From an uncultured Pelagibacteraceae bacterium (lineage in GTDB: Bacteria; Pseudomonadota; Alphaproteobacteria; Pelagibacterales; AG-422-B15): a stretch of 64,000 nucleotides of DNA. The stretch spans positions 1,083 through 65,082 of the forward strand of contig CACCCN010000004.1 in the NCBI GenBank assembly GCA_902544525.1. Reading direction: 5' to 3'. Made by a program: the position numbers and the translations under genes. How positions within the stretch are numbered: the first letter of the stretch is position 1; each line of letters opens with the position of its first letter. Below are positions 1 to 10,162 of the stretch, one piece after another. Under the pieces are notes generated by a model. It saw only the letters and a program-made list of their open reading frames with translations, searched no databases and was not told the origin of the DNA.

Positions 1-4
1 TCAT

Positions 5-2875
5 TTGATAGGCAGGAGCTTTAAATATCATCGTCCTAGAGGTATTTTAACAGCAGGTTCTGAAGAGCCAAATGCTTTAGTTCAACTCGAGACTGGAAGT
101 AAAACTGAACCTAATGCCCGAGCAACTGAGATTGAACTCTACGAGGGATTAATAGCAACTAGTCAAAATTGCTGGCCCTCAGTAAAATATGATATTGGAG
201 CTTTAAATAATCTCTTTTCAAGAATTTTACCCGCAGGTTTTTATTACAAAACATTCATGTGGCCACCTAGCATGTGGCTGTTCTATGAGCATTTTATTCG
301 TAAAGCTGCAGGCTTAGGTGAAGCTCCAAAGAAAAAAAATCCAGATAGATATGAGCAAAAATTTTTTTATTGTGATGTAATGATCATTGGTGGGGGTGTT
401 AATGGACTTGTTGCTGCACTAGCAGCGGCACGCTCAGGTGCAAAAGTATTAATTGTAGATGAAAAAAAAGATATAGGCGGCTATCTTCTCAATACAAAAG
501 CTAAAATTAATACTCTTTATGCACAAGTGTGGATTAAGGAAACTTTAAATGAACTTCATGCATTAAAAAATGTAACAATATTGAATAGAACAACAGCTAC
601 TGGCTACTACGACTATAACTATATTACTGCACTTCAGAAAGTTACGAATCATGAAATTAATCCTAATAAAAAATTACCAAGAGAGAGGTTTTGGAGAATC
701 AGATCTAAAGAAGTTATTCTTGCCCAAGGAGCTTTTGAAAGACCATTAGTTTTTTCTGGAAATGATAAGCCGGGAATAATGATGGCATCCGCAGCTCAAG
801 TATATATGTCTCAATATGGTGTATTGCCTGGCAATTCAATTACTTTATTCACTAACAATGATCACGCATATTCAGTAGCTTTGGAGGCTAATTTAAAAGG
901 TGCTAAGGTCATAATTATTGATATTAGGCATAGTGTATCCGACACAATAAACAAGCTTTGTGAGGAAAATAAAATTGAGACTTATTTTTCTCACGCCATA
1001 ACAAGCACTTATGGATCCAAAAAAGTAAATGCTATTTCAGTACAAGAGTTAAGCAGTGACAAACAGTCATTTGTTGGTGAGGCTGTCACTATTGGCACTG
1101 ACTTACTATTGATGTCTGGTGGATGGAATCCAGCAGTTCAACTATTTAGTCAATCTAGAGGAAAATTAAGATATAGTGATGAAATTAGTTCTTTTGTTCC
1201 GGATGTTTTAATTGATCATCAGTATGTAGTTGGTTGTAATAACGGAGAGTTCAACCTCAGACAAAGTCTTTTAAATAGTTTTCAGGCTGGGATAAGTGCA
1301 GCGCATCAGACTGGACATAAGATAGAAGTCAATCAATTTATTGACGATGCTGTTGAACCCTATGGGTTTACAATATCTGATGTAGTTCCTTACGTGCTTG
1401 GTTCTAAGCCAGTAACGCATGGTTCAAAACATTTTATTGATTTTCAAAATGATGTAACTGCAGCAGATATTTTTCTAGCACAGCGAGAAGGGTATGTGAG
1501 TGTGGAACACACCAAAAGATATACGACAACAGGTATGGCTACTGATCAAGGCAAAACATCAAATGTAAATGCTTTAGCAATTATGTCACACATACAAAAT
1601 AAACCTGTTGGTGAAGTTGGTCATACTACTTTTAGACCACCATATGTGCCACAAACCTTTGGCGCTATTGCCGGTAGAAATGTAGATCAATATTTTGATC
1701 CTGAAAGACGTACTGCAATTCATCAGTGGCATATTGACAATGGCGCAGTATTTGAAGATGTGGGCCAATGGAAACGTCCCCACTTCTATCCCAAAAATAA
1801 AGAATCAATGAACGAAGCGGTTAATCGTGAGTGTATCGCTGCTAGAAAAAGTGTTGGTATACTTGATGCATCAACTCTCGGTAAAATTGATATACAAGGA
1901 CCTGATGCTGCAAAATTTTTAAATTTAATTTACACTAATGCATGGTCTAAGCTAGAAATTGGGGCTTGTCGATACGGTCTAATGTGTAATGAGCATGGCA
2001 TGGTATTTGATGATGGTGTTACGACAAGAATTAGTGAAAATCATTATCATATGACCACCACCACTGGTGGAGCTGCACGTGTTATGTCGTGGTTAGAGGA
2101 ATTCCTGCAGACCGAATGGCTGGATATGAAAGTTTATTGTACTTCAGTTACAGAACAATGGACTGTACTAAGTATCTGTGGTCCCAAATCAAGAGATTTA
2201 CTTTCATCTCTGACTGAAGAAAATATAACTAACGAGAGCTTGCCATATATGAGAATGAAAAAAGCAAAAATCTGTGGCATTGATGCAAGAATATTTAGAA
2301 TAAGTTTTACTGGAGAACTCAGTTTTGAAATCAATATCCCTTCAAGATATGGAAGGTATGTTTGGGATAAAGTTATTGACGCAGGTAAGAAGTTTAATAT
2401 CACACCGTATGGAACTGAGACTATGCATGTTTTAAGAGCCGAAAAAGGCTTCATCATTGTTGGACAAGATACTGATGGAAGTGCAACACCAAGTGATTTA
2501 AATATGGATTGGATTGTATCAAAAAAGAAAGAAGATTTTCTTGGAAAAAGATCTTTCGCACGATCTGACACAGTTAGGGAAAATAGGAAGCATCTCGTAG
2601 GTTTATTAATTAATGATAAAAAAACTGTTATACCAGAAGGAAGCCATATTGTAGATAAAGCACATAAGAAACCACCCATGAAAATGTCAGGGCATATTAC
2701 ATCTAGCTATCACAGTCCTACATTAGGGTACCCGATCGCAATGGCTATGTTAAAGAATGGAAAAAATAGAAGTGGAGACACAGTTTTAATCCCACTTATG
2801 AATGGGAAACTTATCGAAGCAACCGTTACGGATAATGTCTTTTATGATAAGGAAGGGTTTAGGCAAAATGACTAA
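5..2875 (+). CDS. soxA: Sarcosine oxidase alpha subunit, 5'-truncated by the window edge
   Basis: ORF is open to the window edge. Rossmann dinucleotide motif VMIIGGGVNGLVAALAAARSGAKVLIVDE. C-terminal GcvT/aminomethyltransferase-like folate-binding domain. Followed by an overlapping soxG. Confidence 0.9.
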   Translation: MIGRSFKYHRPRGILTAGSEEPNALVQLETGSKTEPNARATEIELYEGLIATSQNCWPSVKYDIGALNNLFSRILPAGFYYKTFMWPPSMWLFYEHFIRKAAGLGEAPKKKNPDRYEQKFFYCDVMIIGGGVNGLVAALAAARSGAKVLIVDEKKDIGGYLLNTKAKINTLYAQVWIKETLNELHALKNVTILNRTTATGYYDYNYITALQKVTNHEINPNKKLPRERFWRIRSKEVILAQGAFERPLVFSGNDKPGIMMASAAQVYMSQYGVLPGNSITLFTNNDHAYSVALEANLKGAKVIIIDIRHSVSDTINKLCEENKIETYFSHAITSTYGSKKVNAISVQELSSDKQSFVGEAVTIGTDLLLMSGGWNPAVQLFSQSRGKLRYSDEISSFVPDVLIDHQYVVGCNNGEFNLRQSLLNSFQAGISAAHQTGHKIEVNQFIDDAVEPYGFTISDVVPYVLGSKPVTHGSKHFIDFQNDVTAADIFLAQREGYVSVEHTKRYTTTGMATDQGKTSNVNALAIMSHIQNKPVGEVGHTTFRPPYVPQTFGAIAGRNVDQYFDPERRTAIHQWHIDNGAVFEDVGQWKRPHFYPKNKESMNEAVNRECIAARKSVGILDASTLGKIDIQGPDAAKFLNLIYTNAWSKLEIGACRYGLMCNEHGMVFDDGVTTRISENHYHMTTTTGGAARVMSWLEEFLQTEWLDMKVYCTSVTEQWTVLSICGPKSRDLLSSLTEENITNESLPYMRMKKAKICGIDARIFRISFTGELSFEINIPSRYGRYVWDKVIDAGKKFNITPYGTETMHVLRAEKGFIIVGQDTDGSATPSDLNMDWIVSKKKEDFLGKRSFARSDTVRENRKHLVGLLINDKKTVIPEGSHIVDKAHKKPPMKMSGHITSSYHSPTLGYPIAMAMLKNGKNRSGDTVLIPLMNGKLIEATVTDNVFYDKEGFRQND

Positions 2876-3440
2876 CTTGCAATTTAGCTCTCCACTAACT
2901 CTAAAACAAGATTTTCTTGGTGAGGGGATTAAGATTAATAGTACAGAATATGTAGGTAAAATTAATTTTAGATGTGACCCAAACAACAGCCTTATTTTTA
3001 ATGGTATCAAGGATATTACTGGTATTAACTTGCCATTAAAGTCTGGAGAGGTATTTGGAAATAATGATTACAGAATCCAATGGCTTGGACCAAATGAATG
3101 GATACTACAGTGTGCGGATAATCAAAGAGAGTTATTAATAAATAATATTAAATCTAAACTTGCCGGCGAGCATTTTAGCATTACTGATGTCTCGGATTAT
3201 TATTTAACTATTAGATTGAGTGGAGTAAATAGTAATGAGATTTTAAGTAAAGGTACTCCTTTGGATCTTGAGAAATTTATTTGTAATAAGGATATGTGTG
3301 CACAAACTTATATAGCAAAAGCAACTGTTCTTATTGACCGTTTATCTAATGAACCTCTATACGATATTTCTGTAAGATGGAGTTATGCAGAGTACCTTTG
3401 GGAATGGCTTGTTGACTCATCTCTTGAGTTTACTAAGTAA
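2868..3440 (+). CDS. soxG: Sarcosine oxidase gamma subunit
   Basis: Small ORF directly after soxA. ATG at 2868 overlaps the soxA stop (ATGACTAA). The track ORF start at 2802 lies inside soxA and is probably not used. Confidence 0.75.
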   Translation: MTNLQFSSPLTLKQDFLGEGIKINSTEYVGKINFRCDPNNSLIFNGIKDITGINLPLKSGEVFGNNDYRIQWLGPNEWILQCADNQRELLINNIKSKLAGEHFSITDVSDYYLTIRLSGVNSNEILSKGTPLDLEKFICNKDMCAQTYIAKATVLIDRLSNEPLYDISVRWSYAEYLWEWLVDSSLEFTK

Positions 3441-3453
3441 GTTAAGTATATCA

Positions 3454-3825
3454 ATGAGGTCAATAACGGCAGTCTTACTTAGTGGATTATTGAAGAAATG
3501 TCCTCATTGTGGAAAAGGCAATTTATATTCTAAATATTTAAAATTTTATAGTCACTGCCCTATTTGTGGAGAAGAATTTCATTCTTATAGAACAGATGAC
3601 TTTGGACCCTGGTTATCCATCATTATTAGTGGACATATTATTGTACCTTTAGTCTTATCTATGGAACAAAACTTTAAAATTGATTTATGGATTCAAGCTC
3701 TTATATGGATACCTATAACAATTGCTGTTGTTCTTTTTTTACTTCCAATATCAAAGTCTATTTGCTTATCAATATTGTGGAGATTAAAAATGAAGGATGC
3801 AGAAATAAATAAAAATAATTCATGA
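3454..3825 (+). CDS. DUF983-like small membrane protein with an N-terminal zinc ribbon
   Basis: CPHCGKG...CPICGEEF motif followed by two hydrophobic helices. Start chosen at the ATG after the soxG stop. Confidence 0.55.
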   Translation: MRSITAVLLSGLLKKCPHCGKGNLYSKYLKFYSHCPICGEEFHSYRTDDFGPWLSIIISGHIIVPLVLSMEQNFKIDLWIQALIWIPITIAVVLFLLPISKSICLSILWRLKMKDAEINKNNS

Positions 3826-5024
3826 AGATCGCTATCATAGGTTCAGGTATTTCAGGAATAGGTTCTCTACACTATTTATCAAAGAATCATTCTGTCGATA
3901 TTTATGAAAAAGATACTAGATTGGGAGGGCATACAGAAACTCATGAAGTAACTATAGACGACCAAAAAATTAATGTAGATAGTGGATTTATAGTATGTAA
4001 CGATCAAAATTATCCAAATTTAATAAATTTATTTAGAGAGCTTGAGATCGATCTTCATAAGACTTCTATGTCTTACAGCTTCTCATCGTCCAATCTTTCT
4101 TGGTCATCTAATGATTTTGAAAATTGGAGACTATTATTCAAACCTGAAAAGTTAAAATTACTATTAAATATTATAAGATTTAATAAACTGGCTCGAATAA
4201 ATAATTCTCAAAAACTTAATTTAAAAGAGTGGTTGAATAAAAATAAATTTAGCAATTCATTTATAAATTCTTATGTATTACCTATGGCTGGAGCAATATG
4301 GTCATCTGATACAAAAAATATTTTAAGTTTTCCAGCTTCTACTTTTTTAAATTTTTTTAAAAATCATGGCTTATTAAATTTATTGAGAAGACCCCAATGG
4401 TTTTCAGTTCTTAATGGAAGTAAATCTTATATTGATAAAATAATCTTAAATTCACCTGCTAATAATATTTATTTATCTTCAAATATAAGTATCAATCGAA
4501 AAGAGGGTAAAGTTGTTATTAATAATGATGGTAACAATATCCTTTATGATAAAGTTATTTTTGCTTGCCATGCTGACCAAGTTGAAAATCTCTTAGAAGA
4601 TATTACTGATGAAGAAAAAATAGCTTTTAATTTATTTGATTATACACTCAACAATGTTGTTCTTCATACTGACCCATCACTTATGCCACACTCAAAAAAA
4701 AATTGGTCTGCGTGGAATTCATTCAAATATAATGGTAATGACTGCGTTACATACTGGATGAATGAGCTTCAGAATATAAATACTAAAACTAATATTTTTG
4801 TTTCTATTGGTAATTTTGAAAAAATTGATCAAAATTTAGTTATAAAAAATATCTCTTATAACCACATCTCTTATTCCTTTAAAACACTTGAGGGGCAAAA
4901 AAAAATTAATGAAATTCAAGGACTTAACAATACATTTTTTGCTGGCGCTCATTTGGGGTATGGCTTTCATGAAGATGGGTTAACATCTGCTCTAAATATT
5001 ATTAATATTATCAATAATGAATAG
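3822..5024 (+). CDS. FAD/NAD(P)-binding oxidoreductase, amine-oxidase/desaturase-like (UfaD-like)
   Basis: N-terminal MKIAIIGSGISGIG...DIYEK...GGH dinucleotide-binding fold. 4-nt ATGA overlap with the upstream gene. First gene of a conserved trio with DUF1365 and a CFA-synthase-like methyltransferase. Confidence 0.75.
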   Translation: MKIAIIGSGISGIGSLHYLSKNHSVDIYEKDTRLGGHTETHEVTIDDQKINVDSGFIVCNDQNYPNLINLFRELEIDLHKTSMSYSFSSSNLSWSSNDFENWRLLFKPEKLKLLLNIIRFNKLARINNSQKLNLKEWLNKNKFSNSFINSYVLPMAGAIWSSDTKNILSFPASTFLNFFKNHGLLNLLRRPQWFSVLNGSKSYIDKIILNSPANNIYLSSNISINRKEGKVVINNDGNNILYDKVIFACHADQVENLLEDITDEEKIAFNLFDYTLNNVVLHTDPSLMPHSKKNWSAWNSFKYNGNDCVTYWMNELQNINTKTNIFVSIGNFEKIDQNLVIKNISYNHISYSFKTLEGQKKINEIQGLNNTFFAGAHLGYGFHEDGLTSALNIINIINNE

Positions 5025-5757
5025 GGTCCGTCTAAATATTTTTTTTGGTAAAGTTTTTCATAAACGTGTTTTTCCAAAAGAGCATAAGTTTTTGTATAAT
5101 TATAAAAGCATATATACTAAAAATATTATTTCCTTTTCAAACTATAAATTTTATAAACAAAATGATTTATTTTTTAAATATGATTTTGATACTCAACAAA
5201 TAAATACTGGTATTATACCGTGGTTAAAAAAGCTAAAAAATGATTATAATTTAAATAGTGAGTTTCTCGAATTAAATTTACTTAAAACTCCTAATATTTT
5301 TTTAAAAAAAGCTTTTAATCCTGTATGTTTTTGGTTTTTAAATTACAAAAATAAAACAATAGGAGTTGTTGCTGAAGTAACAAATACATTTAAAGAGCAA
5401 CATTCATATTATTTGAGCAATAATGGTTTTCCCATCACAAGTGATATTTGGCTTGAAGATAAAAAAAAACTGTATGTATCACCCTTTGCTGATAAAATTG
5501 GAAGATATAAATTTAATTTCAATCAAGAACCATTATTAGTTAAAATAAATGAATACGACCCTCAAGAAAATTTAGAAATAATTACGAGCTTAAATGGAAA
5601 CTATAGTAAAGCCTCTGGTTTAATGAAATTTTTAATGTATATTTCTATACTTTATAATTCAATAAATGTGATCCCTAGAATACATCTGCAGGCTCTTTAT
5701 TTATGGATTAAAAAGTTTAAGTTTTATAGTCATGGTGGGAACGGACATGTTGAGTAA
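5017..5757 (+). CDS. DUF1365 family protein (UfaO-like)
   Basis: N-terminal G-V-H-R-P-H-F-Y pattern (GKVFHKRVFPKEHKFLY) typical of DUF1365. Sits between the FAD oxidoreductase and the CFA-synthase-like gene, overlapping both. Confidence 0.65.
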   Translation: MNRVRLNIFFGKVFHKRVFPKEHKFLYNYKSIYTKNIISFSNYKFYKQNDLFFKYDFDTQQINTGIIPWLKKLKNDYNLNSEFLELNLLKTPNIFLKKAFNPVCFWFLNYKNKTIGVVAEVTNTFKEQHSYYLSNNGFPITSDIWLEDKKKLYVSPFADKIGRYKFNFNQEPLLVKINEYDPQENLEIITSLNGNYSKASGLMKFLMYISILYNSINVIPRIHLQALYLWIKKFKFYSHGGNGHVE

Positions 5758-6919
5758 AATATTAAAATCAAGAGTTGAGAACACTCTAACCAATATTAAA
5801 TTTGGCGAATTGACTATAATTTATCCTGATGAAAGTCATTCGGTATTTGGATCTGGTCTAATCAAAGGAAAAATTAAGATTAAGTCTTGGAAAACAATAT
5901 GGCTTGCTATTACTAGAGGAGACATTGGATTAGCAGAGGGTTATCTTAGTAATCATTGGGAAACCGAAGATTTAATGCAACTACTCGAACTTTTATCTTT
6001 AAATCTGGATTATATAAAAGATATTTCAGATGGTTCAAAAATATTTACATTATTCACTTGGATTTATCATTCCTTCAGAATTAATTCTATTAGTGGAAGT
6101 AAGAAAAATATTTTAGCTCATTATGACCTAGGTAATAATTTTTATAAAACATGGCTTGATGAAACCATGACGTACTCATCTGCTTATTTTGACAACAAAG
6201 AAATTGCATTAAGTGATGCTCAAAAAAATAAGTATCAATTAATTTTAAATAAATTAAATATCGAGCCAGGAAGTCATATTCTTGAAATTGGATGTGGTTG
6301 GGGAGGATTTATAGAATACGCATCAATGAAAGGGTATAAAATTACTGGAGTAACTATATCAGATGAACAATACAAGTTTGCTCAAAATAGAATAAAAAAT
6401 CTTCCAAATAACCCTGAAATAAAGTTACAGGATTATAGATTGATAAAAGGTCAGTATGATGCAGTTGTTTCAATTGAAATGTTTGAAGCTGTTGGTTCAA
6501 AATATTGGAAAAAATATTTTGAAAAAGTTAAAGAACTACTCAAGCCAAAATCAAAAGCACTGATACAAACTATAACAATAGCTGATGATTTATTTAAAAA
6601 ATATATTTCTGAACCAGACTTTATCCAGGCGTATATTTTTCCTGGTGGAGAGATGGCATCTGATAGCAAATTTATATCATTTGCAAAGTTGCATAATTTA
6701 AAATCTCTTGATAAAAATTCTTTTGCTTTAGACTATGCTAAAACGTTAGAGACCTGGTTTCATAACTTTAATGATAATTGGCACAAAATCTCAGATATGG
6801 GGTTTAATGACAGATTTAAAAGATTATGGGACTTTTATTTAGCGTATTGCCGGGGTGGGTTTCTATCATCAAGAATTGACGTGTCACAATACCTATTAGA
6901 AAAGCAGGCTTCAAATTAA
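5732..6919 (+). CDS. Cyclopropane-fatty-acyl-phospholipid synthase family SAM-dependent methyltransferase
   Basis: CMAS-family features: AHYDLGNNFY, SAM motif ILEIGCGWGG, and SIEMFEAVG. An alternative start at ATG 5747 is possible. Confidence 0.85.
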   Translation: MVGTDMLSKILKSRVENTLTNIKFGELTIIYPDESHSVFGSGLIKGKIKIKSWKTIWLAITRGDIGLAEGYLSNHWETEDLMQLLELLSLNLDYIKDISDGSKIFTLFTWIYHSFRINSISGSKKNILAHYDLGNNFYKTWLDETMTYSSAYFDNKEIALSDAQKNKYQLILNKLNIEPGSHILEIGCGWGGFIEYASMKGYKITGVTISDEQYKFAQNRIKNLPNNPEIKLQDYRLIKGQYDAVVSIEMFEAVGSKYWKKYFEKVKELLKPKSKALIQTITIADDLFKKYISEPDFIQAYIFPGGEMASDSKFISFAKLHNLKSLDKNSFALDYAKTLETWFHNFNDNWHKISDMGFNDRFKRLWDFYLAYCRGGFLSSRIDVSQYLLEKQASN

Positions 6920-7626
6920 GATACAAAAGCCCTTTCTTGTACGAATGTTCCAGCCATTTTTTTATTACCTTCATTCCAGCCCTTGTTATTAAAGTACTCT
7001 TTCATTTCATTATTAAAATCAATTGATCCACAGATCATAATTTTATCATTACTAGGGCAGGCATTTTTTAGAATAATTTCATCTTTTATTAAATGCTGAA
7101 TTCTTCCCTTTAAGTCGCTCTCTTCCCTTGTGATAGAAGAATAAAAGTTAGATGCAGTTTTAGTTATAAGATCTTTAAAGCAAACCTGTTCTGAAATTAA
7201 ACGAGTAGTCCAGACTACATTTACCCTATCAAATGACTTAAATAAATCTGGATCTCTTAATATACTTACATAAGGAGCGATACCTGTGCCAGTAGCAAGA
7301 AGCCATAGATTGCCACCGAGTTCAAGATTTGCAATTGTAAGAGTGCCAGTAGGCTTATCGCCTACATATATTTCATCGCCAACTTTAATGTTTTGTAATA
7401 TACTTGTTAGTGGTCCATCAGCAACTTTTATACTTAAAAACTCTATAAAATCATCGTATGGACCACTTGTCATGCTATAGGCTCTTTTTGGAATAGTTTG
7501 GTTTTGCTTTTCTATTCCAACCATTGTGAATTCTCCAGCAGCAAATCTGAAGCTAACAGGCCGTTCAGTTTTAAATCTAAATAATCTATCAGTATAGTGT
7601 TCGACTTCAGTGACCTTTACCAACAT
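6916..7626 (-). CDS. fpr: Ferredoxin-NADP(+) reductase
   Basis: FAD-binding RAYSMTS (RxYS) motif and NAD(P)-binding LLATGTGIAPY motif. Size of ~236 aa fits the bacterial Fpr type. Confidence 0.8.
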   Translation of the reverse strand: MLVKVTEVEHYTDRLFRFKTERPVSFRFAAGEFTMVGIEKQNQTIPKRAYSMTSGPYDDFIEFLSIKVADGPLTSILQNIKVGDEIYVGDKPTGTLTIANLELGGNLWLLATGTGIAPYVSILRDPDLFKSFDRVNVVWTTRLISEQVCFKDLITKTASNFYSSITREESDLKGRIQHLIKDEIILKNACPSNDKIMICGSIDFNNEMKEYFNNKGWNEGNKKMAGTFVQERAFVS

Positions 7627-7638
7627 ATTTGTATTATG

Positions 7639-7929
7639 TTATTTGCTTACTACTACTGTGCCGGACACAGGATCTGTAACGCCCAATTCAGGTGAAAGCT
7701 CTTCAAGCATATGTCGCATAGTATTAAGGTTTGCAATCATATTATCTCTTTGGGCGGCTATTGCGTCTTCAGACTCCCAAGTTCCAACATAACAAAAAGT
7801 ATAATCACCTGTTTTAATTAGTTTACTTGATAGCATTCCATCATATATTGGAAATTCTTCATTTAATTTCATATATTCATCTAAATGCTCTGGCTTTACT
7901 TTAGCCCTGACTATATTCATAAATTCCAT
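7639..7929 (-). CDS. Small ABM/dimeric alpha-beta-barrel-like protein
   Basis: 96-aa ORF with beta-alpha-beta style periodicity. Immediately upstream of fpr on the same strand. Family call is tentative. Confidence 0.4.
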   Translation of the reverse strand: MEFMNIVRAKVKPEHLDEYMKLNEEFPIYDGMLSSKLIKTGDYTFCYVGTWESEDAIAAQRDNMIANLNTMRHMLEELSPELGVTDPVSGTVVVSK

Positions 7930-8019
7930 AACCTCACTCCTTTAATTGTTATTTTTTAAGTAGATTTATTATATTCAATAATTATTGTTAATAATATATA
8001 TAAAGTTTACGATTATCTA

Positions 8020-9117
8020 ATGCTAAGAATTATTATAATCAAATTATTAATTAAAATAGTAAGAATTTTCTATCGGACAAAATCTGCTAATAATTCAAAA
8101 TTAATAAATGATCCTCGAGTTGATCCAAGAATTAAAAAGAATTTTTGGTTTGACATCCCGGTAAGACCTAAATTTGATACTCGTGAAGAAATGCTTAAAT
8201 ATTATGGCTCAAGCCATATGAAAAGAGAATATCAGTTAATAGAAAGTTTTTCTGAAATTTACGATGATAAACAGATTGCTCCATTAAAAGGATTAAAGAT
8301 TGAAACAATAAAAATAAATTCATTGCCTGACAATAATATTATAAATATTCAATATATTAGGCCTGATAACGATGAGATTCTTCCATGTGTATATTATATT
8401 CATGGTGGCGGGATGGAAGTGCTATCTTGTTTTCATGGTAACTATAGGGCCTGGGGTCGATTGTTAGCTCACCAGAATGTTGCAGTAGCTATGGTAGATT
8501 TTAGAAATGCTACTATGCCTTCATCAGTAAAAGAGATAGGGCCTTTTCCAGCTGGTCTAAATGATTGTATTTCTGGTGTTAAATGGGTGTATGAAAATAG
8601 TTCAAAATTAATGATTGATAATTCAAAAATTGTAATAGCAGGCGAAAGTGGTGGCGGTAATTTAACATTAGCTACTGGAATGTCTCTAATGAGACAAGGC
8701 AAGCTAAATTTAATTAGAGGTCTTTACGCATTTTGTCCATATATTGCAGGTATTTGGCCTTTAGAATCAAATCCATCATCAATTTCTAATAATGGAATTT
8801 TTTTAGACCTCTCTGATAATTCAGGCCCTGTTTCATACGGAATTGAGGAATTGAAAAATAAGAATCCGTTAGCTTGGCCGGGCTTTGCAAAAGTGGATGA
8901 TGTTAAAGATTTTCCAAAAACTCATATTCATGTAAACGAGTGCGACCCCCTTCGAGATGAAGGATATAACTTTTACAGACTGCTTGAAGAAGCTGGAGTA
9001 GTTGCTAGTTTTTCAGAAGCAAAAGGTACGATACATGCGACAGAACATTTTGTTACTATGTGTCCCGATTTATCAATTAAAGCAGTTAAAGATTTAGCTG
9101 AATTTACAAGTTTGTAA
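8020..9117 (+). CDS. Alpha/beta hydrolase, family IV (HSL-type) esterase/lipase
   Basis: Oxyanion-hole HGGG motif (YYIHGGGM) and nucleophile elbow GESGGGN. A C-terminal Asp/His region is present. Confidence 0.75.
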   Translation: MLRIIIIKLLIKIVRIFYRTKSANNSKLINDPRVDPRIKKNFWFDIPVRPKFDTREEMLKYYGSSHMKREYQLIESFSEIYDDKQIAPLKGLKIETIKINSLPDNNIINIQYIRPDNDEILPCVYYIHGGGMEVLSCFHGNYRAWGRLLAHQNVAVAMVDFRNATMPSSVKEIGPFPAGLNDCISGVKWVYENSSKLMIDNSKIVIAGESGGGNLTLATGMSLMRQGKLNLIRGLYAFCPYIAGIWPLESNPSSISNNGIFLDLSDNSGPVSYGIEELKNKNPLAWPGFAKVDDVKDFPKTHIHVNECDPLRDEGYNFYRLLEEAGVVASFSEAKGTIHATEHFVTMCPDLSIKAVKDLAEFTSL

Positions 9118-9133
9118 TAATTTATTACAAAGC

Positions 9134-10162
9134 ATGCAAAAAGTTTTTATTTTCTCAATATTTTTGTTATTTATTATTAGCAACATTATGGCGCAAGACG
9201 AAAATAGACCATCACATCACCTAAAAGATGGAACCTTTACCAATACTTCAGGTATATCTAATAACAAATCATATAAAGAAATCTACAAATGGATAACTGA
9301 TAAAAATAGGAATAAACCTACTCCTTATAATTTTGAAATGGTAAGCCCGAACTTTGAAATTATAAACCACGAAAATAAATCAAAAAGTGTAACTTGGATT
9401 GGACACGCTACTTTTTTGTACCAAAACCAACAATTAAATATATTAACTGATCCTCATTTAACACTCAGAGCCTCACCATTTAGTTTTGCTGGTCCAAAAC
9501 GATATACAAAACCTGGAATGACATTTGAGCAACTTCCTAAAATTGATGTTGTAACTATTTCTCACAATCATTATGACCATTTAGATGTCAAAACAGTTAA
9601 GAGAATTGCAAAAGACAATCCTGATGCAATATTTCTTGTTCCCTTAGGATTAAAAAGATGGTTCTTAAATCGATCAATTCAAAATGTAGTTGAATTAGAT
9701 TGGTGGGAAAACTATGAAGTTAATGGAACTATCATAACATTTACCCCAGTACAGCATTGGTCATCTAGAACTTTATTTGATAGAAATAAATCACTTTGGG
9801 GCGGGTGGTATTTTAAGAACAAGTTTCATACATTAATTCATTTAGGCGATACTGGTTATACAAATGATTTTAAGGAAATACAAAAACGCTTAGGTTCAGT
9901 TGATTTTGCATTAATACCTGTTGGAGCATATGACCCGCGATGGTTTATGAAATTCTCGCATATGAACCCAGCAGAAGCAACTCAAGCATTTATTGATCTA
10001 GATGCAAAAAAAGCTATTGGTATGCATTGGGGTTGCTTTATTTTAACTGACGAACCTGTAACAGAACCCCCGATACTTTTAAAAGAAGAAGTAAATAATA
10101 TTTCACTACCTAAAGATTCATTTATTACCGTTAAGCACGGTGAGACTATTCTTCTTGACTAG
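9134..10162 (+). CDS. Exported metallo-beta-lactamase-fold hydrolase (NAPE-PLD-like)
   Basis: N-terminal signal peptide (FIFSIFLLFIISNIMAQ). HxHxDH metal motif ISHNHYDHLD. Confidence 0.75.
   Translation: MQKVFIFSIFLLFIISNIMAQDENRPSHHLKDGTFTNTSGISNNKSYKEIYKWITDKNRNKPTPYNFEMVSPNFEIINHENKSKSVTWIGHATFLYQNQQLNILTDPHLTLRASPFSFAGPKRYTKPGMTFEQLPKIDVVTISHNHYDHLDVKTVKRIAKDNPDAIFLVPLGLKRWFLNRSIQNVVELDWWENYEVNGTIITFTPVQHWSSRTLFDRNKSLWGGWYFKNKFHTLIHLGDTGYTNDFKEIQKRLGSVDFALIPVGAYDPRWFMKFSHMNPAEATQAFIDLDAKKAIGMHWGCFILTDEPVTEPPILLKEEVNNISLPKDSFITVKHGETILLD

Noticed and set aside
2134-2679. 181-aa minus-strand ORF inside soxA, and likewise 1586-1783 and 2786-3010.
   Set aside because: It is fully antisense to a confidently identified gene, with no recognisable motifs. 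This is a typical shadow ORF.
2802-2867. N-terminal extension of soxG offered by the ORF track.
   Set aside because: It lies entirely within soxA coding sequence. The ATG at 2868 gives the classic ATGACTAA stop/start overlap.
7930-8019. AT-rich palindromes such as CAATAATTATTG, considered as possible operators.
   Set aside because: Short AT-only palindromes are expected by chance at this base composition. There is no second copy or adjacent regulator to support a function.
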